NCBI GenBank assembly: GCA_963666275.2 | Contig: CAXXOA010000001.1 | Span: 1,920,001-1,984,000, forward strand | DNA from: Oceanispirochaeta sp. | Lineage (GTDB): Bacteria; Spirochaetota; Spirochaetia; DSM-2461 | Direction of reading: 5' to 3' | Length of the DNA stretch: 64,000 nucleotides | Part shown: piece by piece, positions 7,615 to 18,000 of the stretch | How positions within the stretch are numbered: the first letter of the stretch is position 1 | Layout of the letters: the number at the start of each line of letters is the position of its first letter | The notes under the pieces: model-generated | What the model saw: the letters and a program-made list of their open reading frames with translations, nothing else | The model's database searches: none | Told to the model about the DNA's origin: nothing | Made by a program: the position numbers and the translations under genes

Positions 7615-8544
7615 ATGGAAACATTTATTTTAGGTACCGGAGGCATGATGCCTTTACCGGGCCGTTTTTTAACATCTGTCCTTTTGCGGAGAGAAGGAGA
7701 TCTTTTCCTTTTTGACTGCGGTGAAGGGACACAGATTTCACTGAAGAAACTCAATTTAAAATGGAAAAAAATCACTACGATCTTTATATCACATACCCAT
7801 GCCGACCATATTACCGGACTTCCCGGAATTTTGATGCTCTCAGCGCAGGTCGAGAGGACTGAGCCTTTAACTATTATCGGCCCGCCCAAAATCCGGGAAT
7901 ATATTGAAACCAGCAGACAGGTTCTGGATATGTATATCAATTATGAGATCATAGTCAAAGAGATCGAAGATCCTTCAATTTCATCCACTGTTTATGAAAC
8001 AGAAGATTTTACGGTGAGAACGATTCCTCTGAATCATTCAAAAGTCTGTGTTGGTTATGTTCTGGAGGAAAAACCCCGACCGGGAGTCTTTTTTCCTCAG
8101 AAGGCGAAGGAGCTGGGAATCCCTGTAGGGCCTCTGTGGTCCAGTCTCCAGAAGGGGGAAACCATAGAAGTGGAAGGAAGGACGATTCTACCTGAAGAAG
8201 TCATGGGCGGCCTCAGAAAAGGGCGGAAATTCAGTTTTGTCACAGATACAGCCTTTGTTCCTGAAATTGCAAGCTATGTAAAGGATTCTGATCTTTTTAT
8301 CTGTGAAGGAATGTTCGAACGGGCTCTTATCAGTTCAGCCAGAGAAAAGAAACATCTCACATCCACTCAGGCGGCAAAAATTGCCTCTTCTGCAGGAAAC
8401 ATAAAAAAAATGGGACTGATACACTATAGTCCACGCTACACGGAAAGGGATCTAAAAAACCTTCTTGAAGAAGCTCAGGAATTTTTTACGGATACATTTC
8501 TCTGCCGTGACCGCATGACCCTTGAAATCCCCTATGAAGATTAA
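7615..8544 (+). CDS. rnz: Ribonuclease Z
   Basis: LGTGG, FDCGEGTQ, SHTHADHITG, PVGP exosite arm, HYSPRY; start moved to METF at 7615. Confidence 0.93.
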   Translation: METFILGTGGMMPLPGRFLTSVLLRREGDLFLFDCGEGTQISLKKLNLKWKKITTIFISHTHADHITGLPGILMLSAQVERTEPLTIIGPPKIREYIETSRQVLDMYINYEIIVKEIEDPSISSTVYETEDFTVRTIPLNHSKVCVGYVLEEKPRPGVFFPQKAKELGIPVGPLWSSLQKGETIEVEGRTILPEEVMGGLRKGRKFSFVTDTAFVPEIASYVKDSDLFICEGMFERALISSAREKKHLTSTQAAKIASSAGNIKKMGLIHYSPRYTERDLKNLLEEAQEFFTDTFLCRDRMTLEIPYED

Positions 8545-8546
8545 AT

Positions 8547-8575
8547 AAAAAAGCCGCTTTAAAGCGGCTTTTTTT
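8547..8575. terminator. Bidirectional intrinsic terminator
   Basis: aaaaaagccgc-tttaaa-gcggctttttt between convergent genes. Confidence 0.85.
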
Positions 8576-10085
8576 AGTTTCCTTTTCCCAGGAATTCCCG
8601 GAATCTCTCAGGATCAGATCTGAATCCTACTATGGGATTTTCAAAGTCTGTTTTATTGAGTGAAGTGGAAGCTTCCCTGATCAATCTTTTTCCACTGATT
8701 AACCGTCCGTTACGGGAGGAGAGTCCGGCTGAGATTGTTGCTCCCTCAAGAGTGTCTTCCAGTCCCTTCAGAAAACTCTGAATATCCTTGATAGAGGCAT
8801 CCAGATCTTTATTGGGGTCAATGATGGCCATGGCATTATCTCCGGCTTCAAAAGCCAGATCATTGTAACTGTATTTCTCTTTTACCTGAGATGTAAAATG
8901 GTCAAACTCATTTTCACCTGATCCTGTATATCGGAGAATGACAAGAACAAGATCCTGATCGAAAGATGCGGCCCTTTCAAGTTCCAGGCTCAAACGTTCT
9001 TCCAGGAAATGTTCCCATCCCAGACCGCTGTCCGGATTATACAGAGAAGGCTGGGCATCCGTTTCTTTTCCCTGTTCAACATCAAGATCACTGCCGGTTT
9101 CAACCTCTTCAAAATCCATATCACCGAAAGAATCAAAATTCTCTTCTTCCGGGAGGGAGAAATCATCCAGTGAATCAGACTGATCGTCTTCGGAAGTTTC
9201 AAAAGACGTTTCCTGATGATCCATTTCCAAAAGATCTTCCTCTTCAGGAATGTCAGGGATACTGTCCTCCATATTGAAGTCATCCATATCAAGTGATTCT
9301 TCATCGGGCATACTGAAATCACTATCCAAATCTATATCGTCACCGAATGAGTCGTCCATTCCGAAAGAGTCATCATTTTCCAGGCTCCCGCCATCCATCG
9401 GTTCAGAGAGGTCAAGATCTGATTCTATCGGTGAATCTTCAAAGGGATCATGAGAATCGGCGAAGTTTGTATCATCTCCGGAATCATCCGGATTTTCAGA
9501 ATTCCAGGATTCGTCTTCTTCCATCTGGTTTTTATCAGAAGAGAGACTATAGATGACAATCAGAAGGAGTGTAATAAAGAAAAGGGCAATGACAACGATC
9601 AGTGAGATTTTCAGAACATAAAAAATTGATCCCCGCGGAAGAACGGTATAGATACAATCAATATTTACACCGGATTTCCCTGTAATCTGAAGAGGAATGC
9701 TGCCAACACTGTGGACAAAACTGATTCCCTTGTATTCAGGGGAAGGATCATCAACAGCATCATTTTCCGAAGTATTCACTTTCACCTGATTGTTGCGGCT
9801 GTAAAAGTATTCAATTCCTGTATCGTAGGAGTAGATAGTAATAGCCATCAGTTCTGATTTGTCATTAAATACAGACTTGATTTTATCACTGAAATCATTG
9901 TTATAAAGAGAATCATTCTGATTCATAAAATCTGAAACTTCCGAAGCAAGTTCTGGAATTTGTTTTGCAATTATTTCAGAATTTAATTTACGCTGATTAA
10001 AAAGGTAGTAGCCGGACCATCCTGCTGTTGCTATAAGTATTATTATTACAAGAATTGTATGTACTGTTGTTAGTGCCTTTTTCAT
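8574..10085 (-). CDS. Membrane protein with acidic linker and degenerate GGDEF-like C-terminal domain
   Basis: Two TM segments around a periplasmic region; long D/E-rich linker; YNPDSGL...LEERLSLELERA resembles a GGDEF N-terminus but there is no GG[DE]EF. Confidence 0.6.
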   Translation of the reverse strand: MKKALTTVHTILVIIILIATAGWSGYYLFNQRKLNSEIIAKQIPELASEVSDFMNQNDSLYNNDFSDKIKSVFNDKSELMAITIYSYDTGIEYFYSRNNQVKVNTSENDAVDDPSPEYKGISFVHSVGSIPLQITGKSGVNIDCIYTVLPRGSIFYVLKISLIVVIALFFITLLLIVIYSLSSDKNQMEEDESWNSENPDDSGDDTNFADSHDPFEDSPIESDLDLSEPMDGGSLENDDSFGMDDSFGDDIDLDSDFSMPDEESLDMDDFNMEDSIPDIPEEEDLLEMDHQETSFETSEDDQSDSLDDFSLPEEENFDSFGDMDFEEVETGSDLDVEQGKETDAQPSLYNPDSGLGWEHFLEERLSLELERAASFDQDLVLVILRYTGSGENEFDHFTSQVKEKYSYNDLAFEAGDNAMAIIDPNKDLDASIKDIQSFLKGLEDTLEGATISAGLSSRNGRLISGKRLIREASTSLNKTDFENPIVGFRSDPERFREFLGKGN

Positions 10086-10141
10086 AGTAATCATTATACG
10101 CAGAAATAAAGTTTTGTGCATTATTTTTTGGAGGTTTTTTT

Positions 10142-10960
10142 ATGAGCCGGAGAAAAATGACACTGCCTGAGGGATGGTATCCTCATGAAAAAGACGCAGT
10201 GGAAAAAATTATTGAATCATGGAGTATAATTCATCCGGAAAACAGGGGAAAACATGTGGCGGGGATTGTACCCCATGCGGGCTGGTATTATTCTGGTAAA
10301 GCCGCCTGGAACCTGGTCAACAGAATTCCTGAAAACACTGAAACTGTCATAATTTCGGGAGGACATCTGTCTGAAAGCAGTACTCCAAAATGCTGGAAAT
10401 TCAAAGAGTTCGAGATCCCCGGAGGACATCTGGAGAAGGATGAAGAACTCTTCATGGAAATATGTCAGGAAATGGAAGCAGATTACACTGCCGATAATAC
10501 AATAGAGGTTCTACTGCCACTGATTGCGTATAAATTACAGGATGTAAAAGTACTCGCAATGAGACTACCTCCTCATGAATCATCCTATGAATGGGGCTGG
10601 AAAGCGGGAGAAGCCTCCGGGAAATTTGGAAAAAAAACATTTTTTATCGGCTCTACCGATCTGACTCACTACGGTGATGCCTATGGCAACACCTTGTACA
10701 GCAGGGAAAAGGATCCTTTATCAGAATCCCATAAAAAAGAGCAGCATCTATTCACTCTACTCAATGAAGGAAGGATTCAGGAAGCCCTGGAATTCGATGA
10801 ACGATGGAAAACCTCCTGTTCACTGGGAGCCGCCCTGGGAGCTGTCGGTTTTGCCGATTTTTATAAAAAACTTCCCGGAGAAGTACTATCTATTACAAGC
10901 AGTGCTGATATTACAGGTGACAGGGATAGTTTTGTAAACTACGGAACTTTACTTTTCTAA
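10142..10960 (+). CDS. MEMO1-family protein (AmmeMemoRadiSam protein B)
   Basis: GWYP, VPHAGWYYSG, STDLTHYG, FVNYG. Confidence 0.85.
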   Translation: MSRRKMTLPEGWYPHEKDAVEKIIESWSIIHPENRGKHVAGIVPHAGWYYSGKAAWNLVNRIPENTETVIISGGHLSESSTPKCWKFKEFEIPGGHLEKDEELFMEICQEMEADYTADNTIEVLLPLIAYKLQDVKVLAMRLPPHESSYEWGWKAGEASGKFGKKTFFIGSTDLTHYGDAYGNTLYSREKDPLSESHKKEQHLFTLLNEGRIQEALEFDERWKTSCSLGAALGAVGFADFYKKLPGEVLSITSSADITGDRDSFVNYGTLLF

Positions 10961-12604
10961 CAATAGAACTTGATCAATACTGTCGATACACCATTTCATT
11001 GCCCTCTTTACAGCGTCTTCACCGGAATCTGATTTTTTTCTGAATTGCGCTGCCACAGGGAGCAGGGTAATCCAGGCCTGCCGCTGCTGCGGATTGAGGG
11101 AATTCAGATAGGAGACAACGGATCCGTTCAAACGAGGCAACTCCTGAATTCTATTTCTGTAGGATATCAGAAAATCTCTGTAGGAAGAAACTGGTACACC
11201 CGCACTGACAAGTCGGTTTATACGGCTCTTTCCCTGGTTTTTGCCAATTGTTTTCAGAGTTACACCGTCTCCCTGAAGAGCTATAACTTGACTGTTACTA
11301 TTGGCAGCTTTTTTTTCAATGCTGTTTTTATAATAGATCATCGGTTTTGAAATATACCTGAAACCATTGACGGTTTTCTCCCGGATAATACTCTTATTAT
11401 GGAGAACAAAAGAGACAATCTGAGATTCAATGTCCTTGAACCTGTTTGTTCTAGTATAGAAATAGGGATAAATATAGGTATTTCTTGCGTATGGCTTCCC
11501 GAAAGGATAGGAGAAGTCCGCTCCCAGGAGATAGATTTTTCGTGCACCCAGAGTTTCGGCAAGACTTAATGCCGCATGTGTGACATTGCCTCCGGAAGTA
11601 TCTATTTCGGGGAATTGCCTGAACTCCTGACTGACATACTTTGAAAAAGGGTGATCACTTGTAAAAAAGAATATCTTTTCTGCAATTCTTGTCAGAAAGG
11701 ACGGTGACGCGAGGTCAAGAACCAGGGGAACATCTTCAGGATATCCCTGCATAAAATGATTGTAGCTTATATGCTGACAATCTATGGAAATGACAAGATC
11801 CGGTCTGATTCCGTTAGCAAGAAGAACCGGCAGGGAAGTATCTGTTGCAATGATAGTATCTTTTCCCTGAACTTCCCTTAATACAGGCAGCTGATCCTCC
11901 AGAGAAGGGCCTGCTGCTGTTATATAGGCTGTGGAAACAGGAGAAAGAGTCTGGGTCGTTTTTTCCGACATCCCCAGGTTATATAGAGTATTGTTAAACC
12001 ATCTTTTGCCGAAATGAGCCTGAACTGTATAATCGTCTGTAATCTGATTGATAGCTTCTTTAATGATATCCGACAGAGTATTGAAAAACTCCTGATCGAG
12101 AAAAACCCTGGGCTTGAGAGAGACTGTCTGAAGATTACCCGAGAGGACAGGAATATAACGTGTCAGGAGAAAATCTGTGAATTTTTCTGGTTCTTCAGAG
12201 ACCCATAAGGTCACCCTTTGATCCAGGAATATATCAGTTAAATCGATATTGCCCAAAATGGATTTAACCTCGTCAGATCTGTTCTCCACGATAATCAGAG
12301 AGGTTATGGAACTGTTGGCAAGTAAAGATCTGATATGAAAACCTCCCCCCAGTCCGAACACAATGACCATCCCTTCATAAGTGTTTTCAAGAAAAAGTCT
12401 GTTTCCTTCTTTTACAGGATCGAATGTGGAATGAACCGGTTTGGCTGAGGTTTGATCTCTTTTATAGAAAGGAATTATATGTCCATTGCGGGAGAGTTCG
12501 AAAAAGACAGTGTCAGAACAATCAGAATTACCAATAAGATGGGAAGCTTCGGATGACCTCTGTATTAAAGCCAGAAGATTCCTTTCGAGTATTTCTGTTA
12601 TCAT
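10949..12604 (-). CDS. Maf/DUF115 (MptE-like) motility-associated glycosyltransferase family protein
   Basis: HSTFDPVKE, FGLGGGFH, AAGPSL, GIRPDLVISID, GGNVTH, LLGADFS. Confidence 0.8.
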   Translation of the reverse strand: MITEILERNLLALIQRSSEASHLIGNSDCSDTVFFELSRNGHIIPFYKRDQTSAKPVHSTFDPVKEGNRLFLENTYEGMVIVFGLGGGFHIRSLLANSSITSLIIVENRSDEVKSILGNIDLTDIFLDQRVTLWVSEEPEKFTDFLLTRYIPVLSGNLQTVSLKPRVFLDQEFFNTLSDIIKEAINQITDDYTVQAHFGKRWFNNTLYNLGMSEKTTQTLSPVSTAYITAAGPSLEDQLPVLREVQGKDTIIATDTSLPVLLANGIRPDLVISIDCQHISYNHFMQGYPEDVPLVLDLASPSFLTRIAEKIFFFTSDHPFSKYVSQEFRQFPEIDTSGGNVTHAALSLAETLGARKIYLLGADFSYPFGKPYARNTYIYPYFYTRTNRFKDIESQIVSFVLHNKSIIREKTVNGFRYISKPMIYYKNSIEKKAANSNSQVIALQGDGVTLKTIGKNQGKSRINRLVSAGVPVSSYRDFLISYRNRIQELPRLNGSVVSYLNSLNPQQRQAWITLLPVAAQFRKKSDSGEDAVKRAMKWCIDSIDQVLLLEK

Positions 12605-14049
12605 AAAAGCTCCAGAGTTTTCACTAATTGATTCAAATCAGACTGCCATTGTAAATCTTCAGGGTTGTTAAATAAAGATTTTGTCAGGGAATTATAGTTG
12701 TCCGGATGGGAGATCCAATGATTCAGTAATTTCAGGCATCTTTCTTTCCTCGCTTCCCTGGTGCCTTCCGATGGAATTAACTTAAATTCCTCAGTTATCT
12801 GTTTAACATTTGCAAAGCCTTCAAGAGAGGAAATCTCTTTCATGGGAAGAGAAACAGGAGAAGGTGAGACACGAACGATCCTGCTGTTATAGGTGTTTTT
12901 ACCAAACCAGTTACGATATGTAATCATGCTGTTTGAGTAATAGTAGCCATCCTTCCGTGAAGCCGCAAGGGCTTTGATGCGTTCGTATCTGTACTGTGTC
13001 CCTGTCTTGAAACGGCAGGAATCCTTAACAGAATAAATTTCAAATGGATGAGGAGAAACATGTTCCTGAAGATCTTTCATACACAGATCAAGTCCCAGAA
13101 TATAGATTTCCGATGAGGAAAGCTGCTGTAGAATGCCAAGCGCAGTAGCCGCCACAGTTCCCATTTCTGGGACAGTAAAGGAAAATTCGCCCTGCTGCCA
13201 TAATAATTTATCGAGTTCACTTAACTGATTGATCCCGATAAGAGGATTGGAAAGAACCTTGGGATAGGCGGAAAGTGGCGCCGCTACCGGGACCTTTTCC
13301 GGAAACCTTCTGTAATGCTCGGAAGCATAATATCCAGGATCTGTTGAAATAATAAGATCCGGGATAATTCCATTTGCAACCAGAGCCTCAACAGAAGAAG
13401 GAAGCGCGGCAATAAATAAATTATTACGGAATTTAGTCAGCTCCTCCATATGCCAGTTCAAAGAAAAACCGGAAGCCGCCAAAATGACATTTCTATTGAT
13501 TGTTCCAATGAAAAGATTATAATTCTGCTGAATATAATTCAGGAGACTGTTTTTCAGCCATTTCTTTCCGAACTTTACAGTGGTAATCTCATTGGCCTGG
13601 AGGATTTTCATATATTGGAGGAGACTTGTTTGAATTTCTTTGTATAATTCTGGAAAGATTCTGATCCCAGGAGACCATTCCAGAATTCTTATATTCTGAA
13701 TTTTATAGCCTCCAAGATTTTTTTCAAGAAACTGAACAGCTGTATCAGGACGTCCGGGAAACCAGCACTTCAGGTTTTCAAGCAGTCCTTTTCTATAACA
13801 GTATGTATAGGTTTCATTAGATAAAAAAAAGACAATAATTTCAGATATTTCCTGGTTTTCCAACAGGGACAGAAGATATCCCAGACCAGGTTCAATTACA
13901 ATAAGAGAAGAAGTGGGATTTAATGGGTTTTTCTCTATCCAGAGCTTAAAAAACTTTTCAGCCTCTTTAAGAGGAGAAAATTTCGAATGAATCAGCTGTC
14001 CGTTTATGCAGGCAGAGTTTAAACCATCTCTGGTTTCAAGCAACTCCAT
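12601..14049 (-). CDS. Maf/DUF115 family protein (second paralogue)
   Basis: HSKFSPLKEA, PGLGY, ASGFSL, GIIPDLIISTD, GTVAATA, LGLDL. Confidence 0.75.
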   Translation of the reverse strand: MELLETRDGLNSACINGQLIHSKFSPLKEAEKFFKLWIEKNPLNPTSSLIVIEPGLGYLLSLLENQEISEIIVFFLSNETYTYCYRKGLLENLKCWFPGRPDTAVQFLEKNLGGYKIQNIRILEWSPGIRIFPELYKEIQTSLLQYMKILQANEITTVKFGKKWLKNSLLNYIQQNYNLFIGTINRNVILAASGFSLNWHMEELTKFRNNLFIAALPSSVEALVANGIIPDLIISTDPGYYASEHYRRFPEKVPVAAPLSAYPKVLSNPLIGINQLSELDKLLWQQGEFSFTVPEMGTVAATALGILQQLSSSEIYILGLDLCMKDLQEHVSPHPFEIYSVKDSCRFKTGTQYRYERIKALAASRKDGYYYSNSMITYRNWFGKNTYNSRIVRVSPSPVSLPMKEISSLEGFANVKQITEEFKLIPSEGTREARKERCLKLLNHWISHPDNYNSLTKSLFNNPEDLQWQSDLNQLVKTLELL

Positions 14050-14050
14050 T

Positions 14051-15031
14051 TTAAATAAGGTCCTCTAACAATTCCTTTAAATCTGAATTTGAAGCATACT
14101 TCATTATTTGAGTTTTTAAATCGGGACTCATTTTCAGATTTGAATAGAGCATGGGCAGAGATGAAGACAGTTGGTGCGTAAAAAGTTCAATATCCGGAAT
14201 TTTATCCTTTTTCTGAACCAGCAGTATAGAATTTTCAGGGAGTTCCAGTATTTCTGAATCTCTCCCTGACATTGTTTTAAAAACAGACACAATTTCAGAC
14301 TTCATGTTGGAAATTGTTAATCCTTTCTCTACTGATAATAACTTTAAGAGTTCAGAAAGATTCATTTTAATGAGATAAAAATCATTTTGCGGATTCTGGC
14401 TGAATATGGAGACTAATATTTCTGCGATATCCTGACTGGGAGTAATTGAGTTCTGTTCTGAATTTTTAATCAAAGCATTTCGACTTTTAAATAATGGTAA
14501 AGAAACAGCTTTACTGATGGATTCAAAAATGTTTTCCCAGTTCTCGGGAGGAAAACTTTTCCACTCGGTTATAATCAGCAGTGCAATCAGCTCGTCATCT
14601 GCAATAAAGGGAACGCAGAAAAATTCTTCAATCAGTCCATATTCTCTTTTGGAAAAGTATTTTTCCAGAGAAATTTTGTCCGGATTGAACAAAAAAGGGT
14701 GGCCCTGTCTGAGGATTTCATAAAAATCGGTATTTCCAAGGATCTCTTCGTCAAGTCGCATCCTGTTATTTGTGGTGATATCGTATCCGGAGCTGCACAA
14801 ATTATAATAGGCTTTTTTTTCATTTCTATATAATAAAACAGCTTTAACTACCTCAAACTCTTTAATGAGATGGTTAAAAATCTGAGATCCGAAATCTACA
14901 CTTTTATTATAGGAGAGAAGTTTCGCCAGGAAAGCATCTTCATGAACGGCAGATACGCCTGGTTTAGAAAGACTCTCTTCTGATATTTCAGTGATTCCCT
15001 GAGTTTTAACTGCTTTATCAAGTAACCCCAT
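14051..15031 (-). CDS. Hypothetical protein with possible GAF-like domain
   Basis: 326-aa ORF abutting its neighbours; CVPFIADDELIALLII resembles a GAF beta-hairpin. Confidence 0.5.
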   Translation of the reverse strand: MGLLDKAVKTQGITEISEESLSKPGVSAVHEDAFLAKLLSYNKSVDFGSQIFNHLIKEFEVVKAVLLYRNEKKAYYNLCSSGYDITTNNRMRLDEEILGNTDFYEILRQGHPFLFNPDKISLEKYFSKREYGLIEEFFCVPFIADDELIALLIITEWKSFPPENWENIFESISKAVSLPLFKSRNALIKNSEQNSITPSQDIAEILVSIFSQNPQNDFYLIKMNLSELLKLLSVEKGLTISNMKSEIVSVFKTMSGRDSEILELPENSILLVQKKDKIPDIELFTHQLSSSLPMLYSNLKMSPDLKTQIMKYASNSDLKELLEDLI

Positions 15032-18000
15032 TTAGCTAGAAATACCCAGTTCCTCAAAGATTTTTTTATAGACCTCAAAGTGCTCACTTCTGGCAAATTC
15101 CTGAATTTTTTCTTCAGGAAGTGATTCAAGAAGCTGATCCATATAGGTAAGGATATCTCTTATTTCATCCTTGAGTTCTTTGGGAAGATGCTCAAGGCTT
15201 GTCTGTTTGTCCAACTGGGCTAATGTACTGGCAGAAGGAAGCAGTGATTCGAGTCCTGTAGGCTTTGCCGGATTTTCAGCATTGTCGGAAGAAGTCTTTA
15301 TCTGTTCAACCGGGTTCTGATCTGATGGTTCTTCAATATCCTGTTCAAATTTGAACTCTTCCGGTTCTTCGACTAATTCAATATCCTCAATTTCTTCCAT
15401 ATCTGAAAGTGAATCATCAATTTCCTCAGTGTCTACTTCATCAGCTTCGATTTCATCACTGGATTCGTTGAAATCATCAACATGAGTGAGATCTTCAGAA
15501 TCAGCGGGAAGATCAATTGAAATGTAGTCATCACTCGCATCATCTTCATTGGAATCATCAATGAGTTCTGATAGATTCTCAGTCACGTCATCAGAGATAT
15601 CATCCAGATCAATTTCTATAGGCTCTTCAATTTCTTCCAATTCATCAATGACATCCTGTTCAGCTTCAGACGAATCAGAATCATCCATTCTTGCGAGTGC
15701 TTCCAGAGAATTAAGATCTATATCTTCAGTACCCGGCAACTCCAGATCATCAGAATCAACAAGATCGGTAATAGAATCATTAATCTGATCGGAAATATCC
15801 AGTGTTATTTCTGTTTCAGATTCAATTATTCCAGGCAGATCATCATCTGAAATCTCAAGGCTATCAATATCATCCAGATCAGGAAGGTTGGAATTGTCTA
15901 AACTCATTTCTGTTTCATTCAATTCCTCTTCCAGTTCAGGTAAGCTTATATCTTCAATCTCTTCCAGAGAGTCATCAACCTCATCGCCTGCAGCTGAGAG
16001 GTTATCCTCTTCGATTTCAAGTTCTTCAATATCTAAATCATCGTCAAGATCAACAACTTCACCTTCATCAAAATCATTTTCATTTATTTCTGTAATATCC
16101 AGATCAAAATCAAAAGGCTCTTCCGCATTCTGATCTGAACTCTGAGTCTCGGTAAACTCCGAATCACCCAGCAGTTCATCCAGCGAAACATCTTCTACAT
16201 CCTGAAAAGGCAAATCTTCATCAGGAGAAGTGAAAGAGTCATCGGATTCCAGATCAAATTCATCCAGACTGACTTCTTCTGTGTCTTCAAGTATTTTATC
16301 TATATCAGAAACATCCGAAGGGATTTCTTCACTAACGGCTTCTGAATCTTCTTTTGCCAGATCAATGATAAGTTCCTCATCCGATTCATCAAGATCCTCA
16401 AGGACGACATCTTCAATCTCAGGAATGCTATCCAGATCCATTAAATCAGCATCAAAAGATTCTTCCTCATCCAGAGAGAGTTCTTCCTCATCCAGAGAGA
16501 GTTCTTCCTCATCCAGAGAGAGTTCTTCCTCATCCAGGGAGAGTTCTTCCTCATCAAGGGAGAGTTCTTCCTCATCAAGGGAGAGTTCTTCCTCATCAAG
16601 GGAGAGTTCTTCCTCATCAAGGGAGAGTTCTTCCTCATCCAGTGAGAGTTCTTCCTCATCCAGAGAGAGTTCTTCCTCATCCAGAGAGAGTTCTTCCTCA
16701 TCCAGTGAGAGTTCTTCCTCATCCAGAGAGAGGTCTTCTTCATCCAGGGAAAGGTCTTCTTCATCCAGGGAAAGGTCTTCTTCATCCAGGGAAAGGTCTT
16801 CTTCATCCAGGGAAAGGTCTTCTTCATCCAGGGAAAGGTCTTCTTCATCCAGGGAAAGGTCTTCTTCATCCAGGGAAAGGTCTTCTTTATCCAGGGAAAG
16901 GTCTTCTTCATCCAGGGAAAGGTCTTCTTCATTCAGTGTGAGGTCGTCCTCATCCAGGGAAAGTTCTTCCTCATCCAGAGAAAGATCTTCCTCATCAAGG
17001 GAGAGTTCTTCCTCATCAAGGGAGAGTTCTTCCTCATCAAGGGAGAGTTCTTCCTCATCAAGGGAGAGTTCTTCCTCATCAAGAGAGACTTCTTCTTCAT
17101 CTAGAGAAAGGTCTTCCTCATTCAGGGAGAGTTCTTCTTCATCCAGTGAGAGTTCTTCCTCATCAAGGGAAAAGTCTTCTTCATCCAGAGAAAAAATATC
17201 ATCAATAGGGGAGTTTTCCTCCTCCTGGAGAAAATCTTCTCCACCGGAAAAAAGATCATCCTCTTCATCGGCAAAATCTTCTGCTTCTATGGCATCCGGT
17301 TCTGAAAGAAGGGATAGACCGGGATCTTCTTCACTGAAATCATCAGGAGATTCCTCTCCATCTTCAGAAGTTATTTCAGCTGTATTTATTATATTGTCGA
17401 GTTCATCACCAGTTAAAACAATAGACTCATCATCATCGTCTTCAAAAAAGCCTTTGACTTCAGGCTGAGTCTCTTTCTCTGCAGAATCAAACACGCTCTC
17501 ATTCTCGGTACCTAAAGAAACAGGTCCGGATTTCAATTGAGAACGGATATCCAGAATCTCATCTTTGATTACAGAGAGCTCACTTTCTATTTTTTCAAGA
17601 AGTTTTGTCTGACGTTCAACCAGGTCCATAGAATGATCTGTCTTAGGAACTGAAGTTTCAGGAGCTTTTTCAGGTGAAAATACATCCTCTGATTCTTCAA
17701 GGAAATCACCGGCAGCTTCATTATCTTCCGGAGTATAGTCAGTATCGTCATGACTCCAGTTGTCTAAAACCATATCATCTTCAGGCTGCCAGTTATCTTC
17801 TGACATGGAAATCAGTTCATCTTCTTCTTCGGGAGAAATAAGACCGTCATCAAGATCCTGGATATCATCCAGATTAAAATCTTCGAGGCTGTCCTGATCT
17901 TCAATTTCAAGAGAATCCATGTCACCTAAAAAATCATCTCCCAGATCCAGTTCATCTTCATCCTGATCGAGATTGAGTTCTGAAATATCCATGGAATCCA

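Noticed and set aside
16460..17194. Possible CRISPR array
   Set aside because: Head-to-tail repeats with no unique spacers, in frame within a CDS, no cas genes
16230..17468. 412-aa Ser/Arg-rich + strand ORF and other ORFs in the repeat (16441..16932, 16642..16941)
   Set aside because: Antisense or alternate-frame shadows of the stop-free 21-bp array inside the real minus-strand gene
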